Shown here in pieces: positions 17,973 to 25,745 of a stretch of 64,000 nt of DNA (position 1 is the first letter of the stretch; each line of letters opens with the position of its first letter). Source of the stretch: a virus (Duplodnaviria; Heunggongvirae; Uroviricota; Caudoviricetes); the IMG/VR virus record IMGVR_UViG_3300048593_000456, positions 26,514-90,513 of that record, one strand, 5' to 3'. The notes under the pieces are model-generated. The model was not told the DNA's origin and did no database searches. It saw only the letters and a list, made by a program, of their open reading frames with translations. The translations under genes and the position numbers were made by a program.

Positions 17973-20002
17973 GCGATAAAAATCTGGATGCCATTTTAAA
18001 GGAAATAAAAAAGAAGCATGGTAATATTATCATTAAGGGTAATGAATTACTTAATCAAAGAAAAGATCATAAAACAATTTCTGTTAGTCCTTCAATAGAT
18101 CTTGCTTTAAAAGGTGGTGTAAGAGAGGGGACTTGGTTAATGTTGTCGGGAGCACCTAAATCGGGCAAGGCACAGCCTATGGATGCTATTATCTACACTC
18201 CTTCTGGACCTACAGTGTTTGAATCTCTTTCAGTTGGGGATGAAATTTGTGGTATTGATGGAAAGCATTGTATAGTCAGAGCTATATACCCCCAAGGAGT
18301 AAGAAAGGTTTATAAGGTTCTTTTTAGTGACGGTACTAACGTAGAGTGTGACGGGCATCATTTGTGGCCGGTATCTGTCAATAGAGTAAATTCGTCTGTT
18401 TTACTTAAGACTACAGAGGAGCTACTATCTAAAGTAAGCTATCCCGACCGCGATAAATGGAAAATAAAATATAGCCACTGTGATTTTAATACTAAGGAAA
18501 CTGTAATAGATCCTTTTGTACTAGGTGTTATATTAGCAGATGGATACGTAGATGCAAATCAGCGTCTTTACATAAAAAATGCAAAACCATACATACTTGA
18601 AGAATTTAATACGAAGATATCTCAATATAATTGCATATTAGATTCTACTGGGGATAGTGGTTATCAAGGCATTATATTAAGCACTGAGAAAAATAATTAC
18701 TTAAACTATTTTATACAAAATTACATGAAATCTTCTCCGGGTCAAAAAGTTATAACACGTAGCTCTTTTAAGGTTCCGGATTTATATAAATACAACTCGT
18801 TTTATAATAGAAACGAACTACTTCGGGGATTTTTAGGATCTAACGGTTATCTTCATCCTTCTGGATACTATGAGGTCGAATCAGCAAACACCCAATTACT
18901 GCGTGACATAGCCGAAGTATCCAGATCATTAGGCTATCCGACTTATATTAACGACAGAAAAGACAGTAGGCAAAGACTAACAATTAATAACTGCGGGGTT
19001 ATGTTACATGCATTAAAAGAAAATAATTCGCCATGCCCGGTAGAAAATTATAAAACCATAAATCTTATTACGGAAGTTGGCGATAAATACTGTCAGTGCA
19101 TAGAAATTGATCAGGACGGTTTATATTTAACTAATGGATTTAATGTTACCCATAATACCACAACTGCTATGCAGCTAGCATTTAATTGTCAGAAAGAAGG
19201 CCGTCCGGTTATCTATATTAATGCCGAGGGTAGATTAAGCGAAATGAATTTTGATGTTCGCGGGCTTGATCCTGAAAAGATGCAGATTATTACGGCAGAA
19301 GATAAACCATTATCCGCAGAAATATTTTTAGATACTGCATTACAACTTATATCAGCAAAAGAAAATGTAGGTGCTTTATGTATTATCGATTCGGTATCTG
19401 CTTTAATACCATCTAGAGAACTAGAAGAAGATGTAACAGGCATGGCTAGACCGGGATTGCCCAAGCTATTATCTAATTTTGTTAAGAAAGCCGGTCAAAT
19501 TGTCCCTAATAACAAGATTACAATGTGCATGATTACGCACCTTATTACTAATACTAGCGGCTATGGACCAAGTAAAATGGCCGACTCTGGTGTAAAGATA
19601 CAGTATCAGGCAGATACTAGAATGGAGGTAAAATCTATTTCACCGTGGGAGCACAAAGAAAAACAGGTCGGGCAAGCCGTAAACTGGAAAATATATTATA
19701 GCTCTAAGGGTGCTACAGGCGTTGAGTGCCAATCATGGATTCGTTACGGCGAAGGTATTGACAGTGCTCAAGAACTGCTTATACTTGGCGAGGAACTGTC
19801 GTTAATCTCCAAGGCCGGTGCGTGGTATACACTAGACTTCCTAAAGTCAAAGCCCGAGGAATTCAAAAAGATTTTGCCCGATGGAGACATTGACAAAGCA
19901 TGTAAATTTCAAGGGCAAGAAAAAGTCTATAACTTTATTAATGATAACCCCGCTGTACTCGAACTTTTACAGAATGATATTTTCGAGATGCTTGCATCAT
20001 GA
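17969..20002 (+). CDS. RecA/UvsX-family recombinase interrupted by a class-3-like LAGLIDADG intein
   Basis: The extein reconstitutes SGAPKSGK|TTTAMQLAFNCQKEGRPVIYINAEG, matching RecA GPESSGKTTLTL...CAFIDAEH. The C-terminal RecA core is present: IIDSVSALIP...MITHLITNTSGYG. The intein is about 18170..19156. It starts with Ala and has block B DGHHLW, LAGLIDADG motifs LGVILADGYV and LRGFLGSNGY, block F KYCQC and block G NGFNVTHN|T. Confidence 0.8.
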   Translation: MSDKNLDAILKEIKKKHGNIIIKGNELLNQRKDHKTISVSPSIDLALKGGVREGTWLMLSGAPKSGKAQPMDAIIYTPSGPTVFESLSVGDEICGIDGKHCIVRAIYPQGVRKVYKVLFSDGTNVECDGHHLWPVSVNRVNSSVLLKTTEELLSKVSYPDRDKWKIKYSHCDFNTKETVIDPFVLGVILADGYVDANQRLYIKNAKPYILEEFNTKISQYNCILDSTGDSGYQGIILSTEKNNYLNYFIQNYMKSSPGQKVITRSSFKVPDLYKYNSFYNRNELLRGFLGSNGYLHPSGYYEVESANTQLLRDIAEVSRSLGYPTYINDRKDSRQRLTINNCGVMLHALKENNSPCPVENYKTINLITEVGDKYCQCIEIDQDGLYLTNGFNVTHNTTTAMQLAFNCQKEGRPVIYINAEGRLSEMNFDVRGLDPEKMQIITAEDKPLSAEIFLDTALQLISAKENVGALCIIDSVSALIPSRELEEDVTGMARPGLPKLLSNFVKKAGQIVPNNKITMCMITHLITNTSGYGPSKMADSGVKIQYQADTRMEVKSISPWEHKEKQVGQAVNWKIYYSSKGATGVECQSWIRYGEGIDSAQELLILGEELSLISKAGAWYTLDFLKSKPEEFKKILPDGDIDKACKFQGQEKVYNFINDNPAVLELLQNDIFEMLAS

Positions 20003-20421
20003 GAATTTTAGGATTAGACGGAAAAGAACATAAGTTATCATTTCACGGAAACACATCTGCTGACAAAAATGATAATAATAGGTCAAAGCTACATTTAAAA
20101 GCAAGAGAAATACTCACAAAGATATTTCCTTTTGATATCATACATGAAGAAGTAACTTTACCCGGAACAAAAGCTAAAAACTCTAAATCTTTACTGTATG
20201 CTGATTTTTTCATTCCATCCCGAAACCTTATTGTGGAGGTTAACGGGGAGCAGCATGATATTTATATAAAATTCTTTCATAAAAATAAGCTAGATTTTTA
20301 TAAAGCTAAGGCCCGAGATAGAAATAAAAAAGAATGGTGTGAATTAAACGGTATAACAATTGTATATTTAAACCATAACGAATCCGAAGAAGAATGGACG
20401 GCCAAGATCAATGAAAGATAA
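19999..20421 (+). CDS. Vsr/DUF559-like PD-(D/E)XK endonuclease
   Basis: DFFIPSRNLIVEVNGEQHD matches the DUF559/Vsr core D-x(n)-EvDG-x-H. It lies immediately downstream of the intein-bearing recombinase gene. Confidence 0.45.
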   Translation: MRILGLDGKEHKLSFHGNTSADKNDNNRSKLHLKAREILTKIFPFDIIHEEVTLPGTKAKNSKSLLYADFFIPSRNLIVEVNGEQHDIYIKFFHKNKLDFYKAKARDRNKKEWCELNGITIVYLNHNESEEEWTAKINER

Positions 20422-20884
20422 TTATGAAGTATTTCTTGATAATGTAGATAAATGGATTAATGATTTTTTTCTTCCATTACCTGTAGATAAAAGCAGGGTA
20501 GATTATATTTTAAATAAATCGCCCGAGGAATTGAAGTCTTCCAGTTCAGAAGATTTAGCGATAGATTGTATACTGCTTTATAAATACATAGACGGATTAC
20601 AGTCTCTTTATAATAAAGAAAAGTCAGTTTTAGATTTTGCCGAATCGTCAATTTTGTTCATTTCTTCAAAAGAAATTGAAAATTACGGCGATAAATATAC
20701 CAAGTGGGAGCTAAAATACAATGCGGCAGTTAAGCAAAATCCGCTCGCACTAAAATTGTTCAAGCTAGCTTTAGTTTCTAAGGCGAGGCTGACAAGTGTT
20801 GAAAAACGTATAGAAAACATAAAAAAAATAGCAGATTTAATTAGTCAAATATCTAATAGTAAAAAATATGAAAGAAATAGCTAA
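20411..20884 (+). CDS. hypothetical protein
   Basis: Track ORF with ATG start. No recognisable motif. Confidence 0.35.
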   Translation: MKDNYEVFLDNVDKWINDFFLPLPVDKSRVDYILNKSPEELKSSSSEDLAIDCILLYKYIDGLQSLYNKEKSVLDFAESSILFISSKEIENYGDKYTKWELKYNAAVKQNPLALKLFKLALVSKARLTSVEKRIENIKKIADLISQISNSKKYERNS

Positions 20885-21293
20885 AGAATTATTGCGCAAG
20901 GGCTTACTGCTTAACGATGCAGAACTTATTGCAATGGCCAATCAATTGCTGGGCGAACCTGAGGAAACTGAGGTTAAGCAGCCCGCAAAAAAAGGCCGAA
21001 AGAAAAAAACAGAGCCGGTAATCGATCAAATAGCGATCACAAATAATATCTCTCAAAAATCTGGACCCGTTAAATGGGGCGGAAATACTTGGGTTGATAC
21101 GGGGGAACTGGGAGAGTTAGGTAAAGAAGCTAAAAATACGCCAAAGATACCATTAACGCCTAGAAATAGACCTAAGTATCAAAAAATTGAAGTGCTTTGT
21201 TCTGTATGTAACAATAAAGTAAAAACAGACCCAATACATAATACAGAATTTTTTAAATGCGATAGATGCATGAGAAGAATGTTAGGAAAATAA
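20868..21293 (+). CDS. hypothetical protein with C-terminal Cys4 zinc finger
   Basis: C-terminal LCSVCNNK...CDRCMRRM. Confidence 0.35.
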   Translation: MKEIAKELLRKGLLLNDAELIAMANQLLGEPEETEVKQPAKKGRKKKTEPVIDQIAITNNISQKSGPVKWGGNTWVDTGELGELGKEAKNTPKIPLTPRNRPKYQKIEVLCSVCNNKVKTDPIHNTEFFKCDRCMRRMLGK

Positions 21294-21294
21294 T

Positions 21295-21726
21295 ATGATT
21301 ATACAATATAAAAAACTTAATACACTTGCCCGAAAGCCCGAAAAAAACGATAAAACAGATTTCGGAAGCGGAAGCGTTGGCTATGATTTATTTTCTGTGG
21401 AATCAGTGTTTATTCCTGCGGGCGAAACTAGATTAATTAAAACTGGTATAGCAATCTCTATGCCATCAGGCTATGGATTATTCCTGTGGCCAAGATCTGG
21501 AAATAGTAATAAATATTGGTCGGACGTTTTAGCGGGAGTTATAGATCCGTCTTATCGCGGAGAAATTGGTGTATTGCTTTCTACCGATAAAGACTGGCAA
21601 GTTAATGTTGGCGATAAGATAGTTCAAGGAGTTATACAAAGATACGAAGATGCTACTTTTACCGAAGTAGACGAGTTAGATGTTACTGTACGTGGCAGTA
21701 ATGGTTTTGGTAGTAGCGGATTTTAA
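21295..21726 (+). CDS. dut: dUTP diphosphatase
   Basis: dUTPase motifs: SVGYDL, GETRLIKTGIAI, LWPRSG, GVIDPSYRGEIGV, and C-terminal RGSNGFGSSG. Confidence 0.85.
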   Translation: MIIQYKKLNTLARKPEKNDKTDFGSGSVGYDLFSVESVFIPAGETRLIKTGIAISMPSGYGLFLWPRSGNSNKYWSDVLAGVIDPSYRGEIGVLLSTDKDWQVNVGDKIVQGVIQRYEDATFTEVDELDVTVRGSNGFGSSGF

Positions 21727-21737
21727 GAAAGGTTAAA

Positions 21738-22397
21738 ATGAGTAGAACAACACAAAGAAAATCGGGCGGAAAAAGCCCCGTAAAGTATTGGCTTAGTTTT
21801 AAAGGAAACACCGGAAGTTTTTCATACTGGAATGGAACAGAAAATGTAACAATGGATAAGCTAAACTTTGTCCTATTAGATACAAGATCTACAATTACCG
21901 GCTGGTCTGATGCTGCAAGTAGCCGTATTTGGTCAAACGTTGTGAAGATGCTAAGCGAGCAACTTACGGTTAAAACTAAAGGTAAGGATATTGCCACAGG
22001 ACTATATAAGGATATTAAGGAACAAGTTAAAAATGCTGGCGGGAATTTTACCGTCAACGTTTATATGCTTGCGGAAGTAAACGGAGTTATGGAACCCTGC
22101 TGCCTACAGTTAGACAAGGGTGGACTAAAAGAATGGAGCGATCTGTTAGAGAAGAATAAGCTTAGTAAAGTTTATGACTCTTTCGTTAGTTGTGAAAAAG
22201 GCCCGCAGCAAAAGAAGGGTGCCGTAAAGTATTACAATCCCGCCTTTACATTAAGCGATCTTCCGGCAGAGCTAGCTCAGAAAGCTAACGATTTTGATAA
22301 GAATGTTTTGAGTCCATATTTTTCGGGAAATGATTCCGTAGAAACTTCTGTTTCCGTAGCGGCAGAAACCCCGGAAGATTCTCAAGTTCCTTTTTAA
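21738..22397 (+). CDS. hypothetical protein with acidic C-terminal tail ending ...EDSQVPF
   Basis: 219 aa. The tail resembles the acidic-hydrophobic SSB C-terminal motif D-D-D-I-P-F. Function unknown. Confidence 0.4.
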   Translation: MSRTTQRKSGGKSPVKYWLSFKGNTGSFSYWNGTENVTMDKLNFVLLDTRSTITGWSDAASSRIWSNVVKMLSEQLTVKTKGKDIATGLYKDIKEQVKNAGGNFTVNVYMLAEVNGVMEPCCLQLDKGGLKEWSDLLEKNKLSKVYDSFVSCEKGPQQKKGAVKYYNPAFTLSDLPAELAQKANDFDKNVLSPYFSGNDSVETSVSVAAETPEDSQVPF

Positions 22398-22404
22398 AAA
22401 ACTC

Positions 22405-22432
22405 TTGACACAGGCTTTGCCTGTGTTATAAT
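22405..22432 (+). promoter_or_regulatory. consensus sigma70-type promoter
   Basis: TTGACA-16 nt-TATAAT. The spacer carries the inverted repeat CACAGG-CTTTG-CCTGTG. Confidence 0.55.
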
Positions 22433-22559
22433 GTGATCGGCGGCGTGGCGTTAACTACGACGACAATGGTTCTGTCGCTAACAAATCAAGCAAGAGAATC
22501 GAACTGAATTCTCGTAGCGGTTTTTGTTTAGCAGGTAAACAATCCTGCCCGATCCTCTT

Positions 22560-22648
22560 GCCCCGGAAGTTATTGCGGCGGAACACGCCATTACGCGCTC
22601 TTAGGGGCGAGCGGGTGTCGGGCGAGGGTTCGAATCCCTCTCGGGGCT
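22560..22648 (+). ncRNA. 88-nt tRNA-like RNA (non-canonical; not a standard tRNA)
   Basis: 7-bp acceptor stem GCCCCGG/TCGGGGC. Canonical T-arm GAGGG-TTCGAAT-CCCTC. Internally, AA sits at positions 8-9 and there are two hairpins: GGCG-GAACA-CGCC and CGCTC-TTAGGGGC-GAGCG (an 8-nt loop). It lies about 130 nt downstream of the promoter above. Confidence 0.35.
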
Positions 22649-22674
22649 TTTGGGACGGCGCAATGGAGGTTTAA

Positions 22675-22761
22675 ATGACAGAAACAGGCTTGTTGGTCTA
22701 TGGTTTATTTCTGGTGTTTATTACCATCTGGGTTTGGTTCGAAGGTGATAATCCAAGTTAA
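22675..22761 (+). CDS. small hydrophobic peptide (28 aa)
   Basis: A GGAGG RBS sits 7 nt upstream of the ATG. Sequence MTETGLLVYGLFLVFITIWVWFEGDNPS. Below the track's size cut-off. Confidence 0.3.
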   Translation: MTETGLLVYGLFLVFITIWVWFEGDNPS

Positions 22762-22781
22762 AAAAATATTTTGAGGTAATT

Positions 22782-23066
22782 ATGGCACTTAAAAAAACTG
22801 TTGTAGAAATCAAGCACGATGAAGGTTATGGAGATATGCTATTGCTGCATATTAATAATTCGCTTCGTGGTAAAGACATGATCGCTGAGCGTATCATTGA
22901 TACGGAAAGAATGGAGACTGATATCGCTAAGGCTAAAGAACGACTAAGAAAGACTAGAAAAGGTGTTGATATGGGGGTTATCCACTTTGACAGTCATTTG
23001 AACTATGCACAAGGCGTAGTTGATGGCTTAGAATCAGCATACGATATTTTACATATAGAACTATAG
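22782..23066 (+). CDS. hypothetical protein
   Basis: 94-aa track ORF with ATG start. Confidence 0.4.
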   Translation: MALKKTVVEIKHDEGYGDMLLLHINNSLRGKDMIAERIIDTERMETDIAKAKERLRKTRKGVDMGVIHFDSHLNYAQGVVDGLESAYDILHIEL

Positions 23067-23141
23067 ACATAAACGGCGGAGAGGCGGTATCTTGCTATGG
23101 CAAGGTATCGTCTCGTTGAAACTGGATTGTGTCTATAATAT

Positions 23142-23213
<72 letters not shown>

Positions 23214-23311
23214 TTGACTCGTCCATTCCTAGCACGAGATATATACCACGAAGCTAGCGTCGTGACATTAGGATAACTTCCGTCAATCTATCGGAAGCAA
23301 AATATCATAGA

Positions 23312-23382
23312 GAAGTAGTAGTTCAGGGGTAGAACGTCGCCGGTTCAGGCGAATGACGGTGGTTCGAATCCATCCTGCTTCA
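23312..23382 (+). tRNA. tRNA, anticodon unresolved
   Basis: Acceptor GAAGTAG/CTGCTTC. D-arm GTTC-AGGGGTA-GAAC. T-arm GGTGG-TTCGAAT-CCATC. As read, the anticodon stem TCGCC/GGCGA encloses only 6 nt, GGTTCA. It may be a degenerate tRNA or I may have misread a base. Confidence 0.45.
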
Positions 23383-23396
23383 ATTCACCCATTAAA

Positions 23397-23420
23397 CCGA
23401 TGCCGGAATTCCGGCATCGG
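23397..23420 (+). repeat. perfect 24-nt palindrome between two tRNAs (possible processing or terminator hairpin)
   Basis: CCGATGCCGG-AATT-CCGGCATCGG. Confidence 0.5.
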
Positions 23421-23436
23421 CTTTAAGGGATGTATC

Positions 23437-23522
23437 GGTAAAGTAGCACGTAATTGGCAGCGTAGGGGTCTGTAACACCCTCACCCTAACAGGTCTTGTA
23501 GGTTCAAGTCCTACCTTTACCA
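23437..23522 (+). tRNA. tRNA-Tyr (GUA), type II with long variable arm
   Basis: Acceptor GGTAAAG/CTTTACC. Anticodon arm GGGGT-CTGTAAC-ACCCT. T-arm GTAGG-TTCAAGT-CCTAC. 86 nt. Confidence 0.7.
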
Positions 23523-23569
23523 CTTAATTAATATAAAAATTTTATCTGGAGTTTAAAGGGGAAAAATAA

Positions 23570-23908
23570 ATGAGCCTAAACAAAAGCAATTATATTGAAT
23601 ATATTCTTCCAGCAATGGCATTAGGGGCACTTATTTTTCTCGGTGTTACATTTTATAACGAGAAAAAAACAGAGAAATTTGAAATACTTCCTCAATTAAA
23701 AGAGCATCGTGTTAGATTGGTGCGGCCCGATGGAGCCGTAGATAAAATAATTAAGATTTATAAGTATGAAGATTCTACTTTAATTTTTAGTTCTAGTTCG
23801 GGAAACCTTTGTGTGTATGGCTACGATAATGATCGTGATAGATATGCAAACACATACATTGCCCCTATCGGCTGGAATCTAGAACCAGTAAACGAAAACG
23901 AAGAGTGA
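23570..23908 (+). CDS. membrane-anchored hypothetical protein
   Basis: N-terminal TM segment ILPAMALGALIFLGVTF. Confidence 0.4.
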   Translation: MSLNKSNYIEYILPAMALGALIFLGVTFYNEKKTEKFEILPQLKEHRVRLVRPDGAVDKIIKIYKYEDSTLIFSSSSGNLCVYGYDNDRDRYANTYIAPIGWNLEPVNENEE

Positions 23909-23943
23909 TATTTTTTATTTCTTTTTTTATAAATAGGAATCAT

Positions 23944-24126
23944 ATGAAATTTTTTAATGCACTACAGATCGTGACTTTATTTTCAGCATGGCCAATGCTA
24001 ATAAACTGGCTTGGTAATAACCCTTTTAAGGGTGCAGAAATTTTATACTATGTTGCATGGGTTGTTTATGCAGTTGGATTTTTCTTTCTTACGGTTTCAG
24101 TAGCAGAAGCGATAGAAAAGACTTAA
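23944..24126 (+). CDS. small membrane protein
   Basis: ATG with an AGGA RBS. Two hydrophobic helices. Confidence 0.35.
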   Translation: MKFFNALQIVTLFSAWPMLINWLGNNPFKGAEILYYVAWVVYAVGFFFLTVSVAEAIEKT

Positions 24127-24128
24127 TC

Positions 24129-24332
24129 ATGAATCAAGATTTATCCCAACACTTTAAATACATCCAAGATAAAATTAGCGACGAAGGTTTTGATTATTGT
24201 TTTAGGTACTATTCAACTTTTGGTCATCTTGAAGATGAAAAATTTCATTCTTTAAGAGAGTCTTATATAAAAATTGCTAATGAGCTTGAAGAATATATCA
24301 ATGAGAAATCCGCCGATCTTTTGTTTGAATGA
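24129..24332 (+). CDS. hypothetical protein
   Basis: In-frame ATG giving MNQDLSQHF.... Confidence 0.35.
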   Translation: MNQDLSQHFKYIQDKISDEGFDYCFRYYSTFGHLEDEKFHSLRESYIKIANELEEYINEKSADLLFE

Positions 24333-24333
24333 C

Positions 24334-24361
24334 TTGACAGCCCGTAAAAGCGTGCTATAAT
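24334..24361 (+). promoter_or_regulatory. consensus sigma70-type promoter upstream of tRNA-Met
   Basis: TTGACA-GCCCGTAAAAGCGTGC (16 nt)-TATAAT. Confidence 0.55.
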
Positions 24362-24391
24362 AGTCGCATATTCGCATTTGTTTCTACATTC

Positions 24392-24462
24392 TGCGGGCTA
24401 GAGTAAAGGCAACTCGTCGGTCTCATAAGCCGAAGCTACTGGTTCGATTCCAGTGCCCGCAA
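24392..24462 (+). tRNA. tRNA-Met (CAU); could be initiator, elongator or lysidine-modified Ile2
   Basis: Acceptor TGCGGGC/GCCCGCA. D-arm GAGT-AAAGGCA-ACTC. Anticodon arm TCGGT-CTCATAA-GCCGA. T-arm ACTGG-TTCGATT-CCAGT. Confidence 0.75.
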
Positions 24463-24479
24463 TATTTTTTGAGGTTATT

Positions 24480-25745
24480 ATGAAGCTTGAAGTTCAAAAC
24501 GAAAATTATTGTGCTACAATTGTACGTGTTCATGCATTGGTAGATCTTCCGGGTCTGGATAATCTTAAGGGTGTACAATTCTTTGGATTTTCCTCGCTTG
24601 TTCCTAACGATACAAGCGTGGGTGGTTTAGCGGTTTTGTTCACGGCTGAAACCCAGCTTGCCGACGCTTATTGTAAGCACAACAATTTGTATCGTGATGG
24701 AACTAAGAATTCTGATACAGAAAAGACCGGGTACATCGAAGATAATCGCCGCATTCGTGCTGTCAAGCTTAGGAAGCACGTATCTTCGGCACTACTTATG
24801 CCTCTGGATTCTTTGGCTTGTTTTGATGGCGTGGATACCAATCTACTGAAAGAAGGAGATACTTTTACTCATATTAATGGAGTTGAAGTATGTACTAAGT
24901 ATGTAATCAAAACCTTCCAAAAGAACGGTACCAACCAAAAGAACCCTAAACTTAAGGAAGGCCCGCGAATCGACACTAAGCTTTTGCCGGAACATATTGA
25001 TACTTCACACTACCTGAAAAATGAACATCTTATCGCAGAAGACTGTGATATTGTTGTCACTCAAAAAATTCACGGAACGAGCGGAAGATTTGCACACCAA
25101 GTTTGCCGACGCAAGCTTGGATTTTTTGAGCGAGTTTTGAAGCGTCTTGGTTTTAATATTAACGATAAGACTTATGATTATTTTGCGGCTTCCCGTAGAG
25201 TAATCAAGGACACTAAGGCAAATACTAATTTTCAACATTACTACAATAAGGATATTTGGAATGAAGTTCTTGATGAAATCAAGCATCTAATTCCTAAGAA
25301 CTATGTATTGTATGGTGAAATAGTAGGATATATCGGTGATGCAGAAATTCAAAAGAACTATTCTTACGAATGCGAGCCGGGCCAACATAAGCTCTATATC
25401 TATAGAGTTTCAGTGGTAAATCCTGATGGTGTATCCGTAGACTTGTCTTGGGATGCTGTGAAAGAATTTTGTCAAGTTACCGGACTTTCGTATACTCCCG
25501 AAGTATGGAAAGGAAAAAAGTCTGACTTTGATGTTGACAACTACATGGATGTATGCTATGCTAAAGATCTCGGGCTTTCGCAGTGTGTAAAACTTGCGAA
25601 GAATTCTCCGTGTGATGAAGGCGTAATTGTCCGCACCGAAGGAATGATGCCAAAGTTTTATAAAGCTAAATCTCCTGTATTTTTGGCACATGAAACCAAA
25701 CAACTTGATACGGGCGATGTTGATGTAGAAAGTCAGGAAAGCTAA
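24480..25745 (+). CDS. RNA ligase, Rnl2-like
   Basis: Nucleotidyltransferase motif I VTQKIHGTSGRFAH, matching the Rnl2 signature KIHGTN. Motif IV YVLYGEIVGY. Motif V-like KFYKAKSP. Start placed at the ATG with an RBS GAGG. Confidence 0.65.
   Translation: MKLEVQNENYCATIVRVHALVDLPGLDNLKGVQFFGFSSLVPNDTSVGGLAVLFTAETQLADAYCKHNNLYRDGTKNSDTEKTGYIEDNRRIRAVKLRKHVSSALLMPLDSLACFDGVDTNLLKEGDTFTHINGVEVCTKYVIKTFQKNGTNQKNPKLKEGPRIDTKLLPEHIDTSHYLKNEHLIAEDCDIVVTQKIHGTSGRFAHQVCRRKLGFFERVLKRLGFNINDKTYDYFAASRRVIKDTKANTNFQHYYNKDIWNEVLDEIKHLIPKNYVLYGEIVGYIGDAEIQKNYSYECEPGQHKLYIYRVSVVNPDGVSVDLSWDAVKEFCQVTGLSYTPEVWKGKKSDFDVDNYMDVCYAKDLGLSQCVKLAKNSPCDEGVIVRTEGMMPKFYKAKSPVFLAHETKQLDTGDVDVESQES

Noticed and set aside
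22560-22648. Phage attP overlapping the 3' half of a host tRNA gene
   Set aside because: No integrase or excisionase is present anywhere in the window, and the gene content is that of a virulent phage.
22433-22650. tmRNA (ssrA) interpretation of the promoter-driven structured RNA
   Set aside because: The only acceptor-stem partner for the 3' TCGGGGC lies just 88 nt upstream, not at the 5' end of the roughly 210-nt transcript. No resume codon, tag ORF or stop pattern, and no permuted arrangement, fits.
23117-23140. Possible promoter TTGAAA-N12-TATAAT upstream of tRNA-Asn
   Set aside because: The spacer is far too short. The cluster is more likely read from the upstream 22405 promoter and processed.
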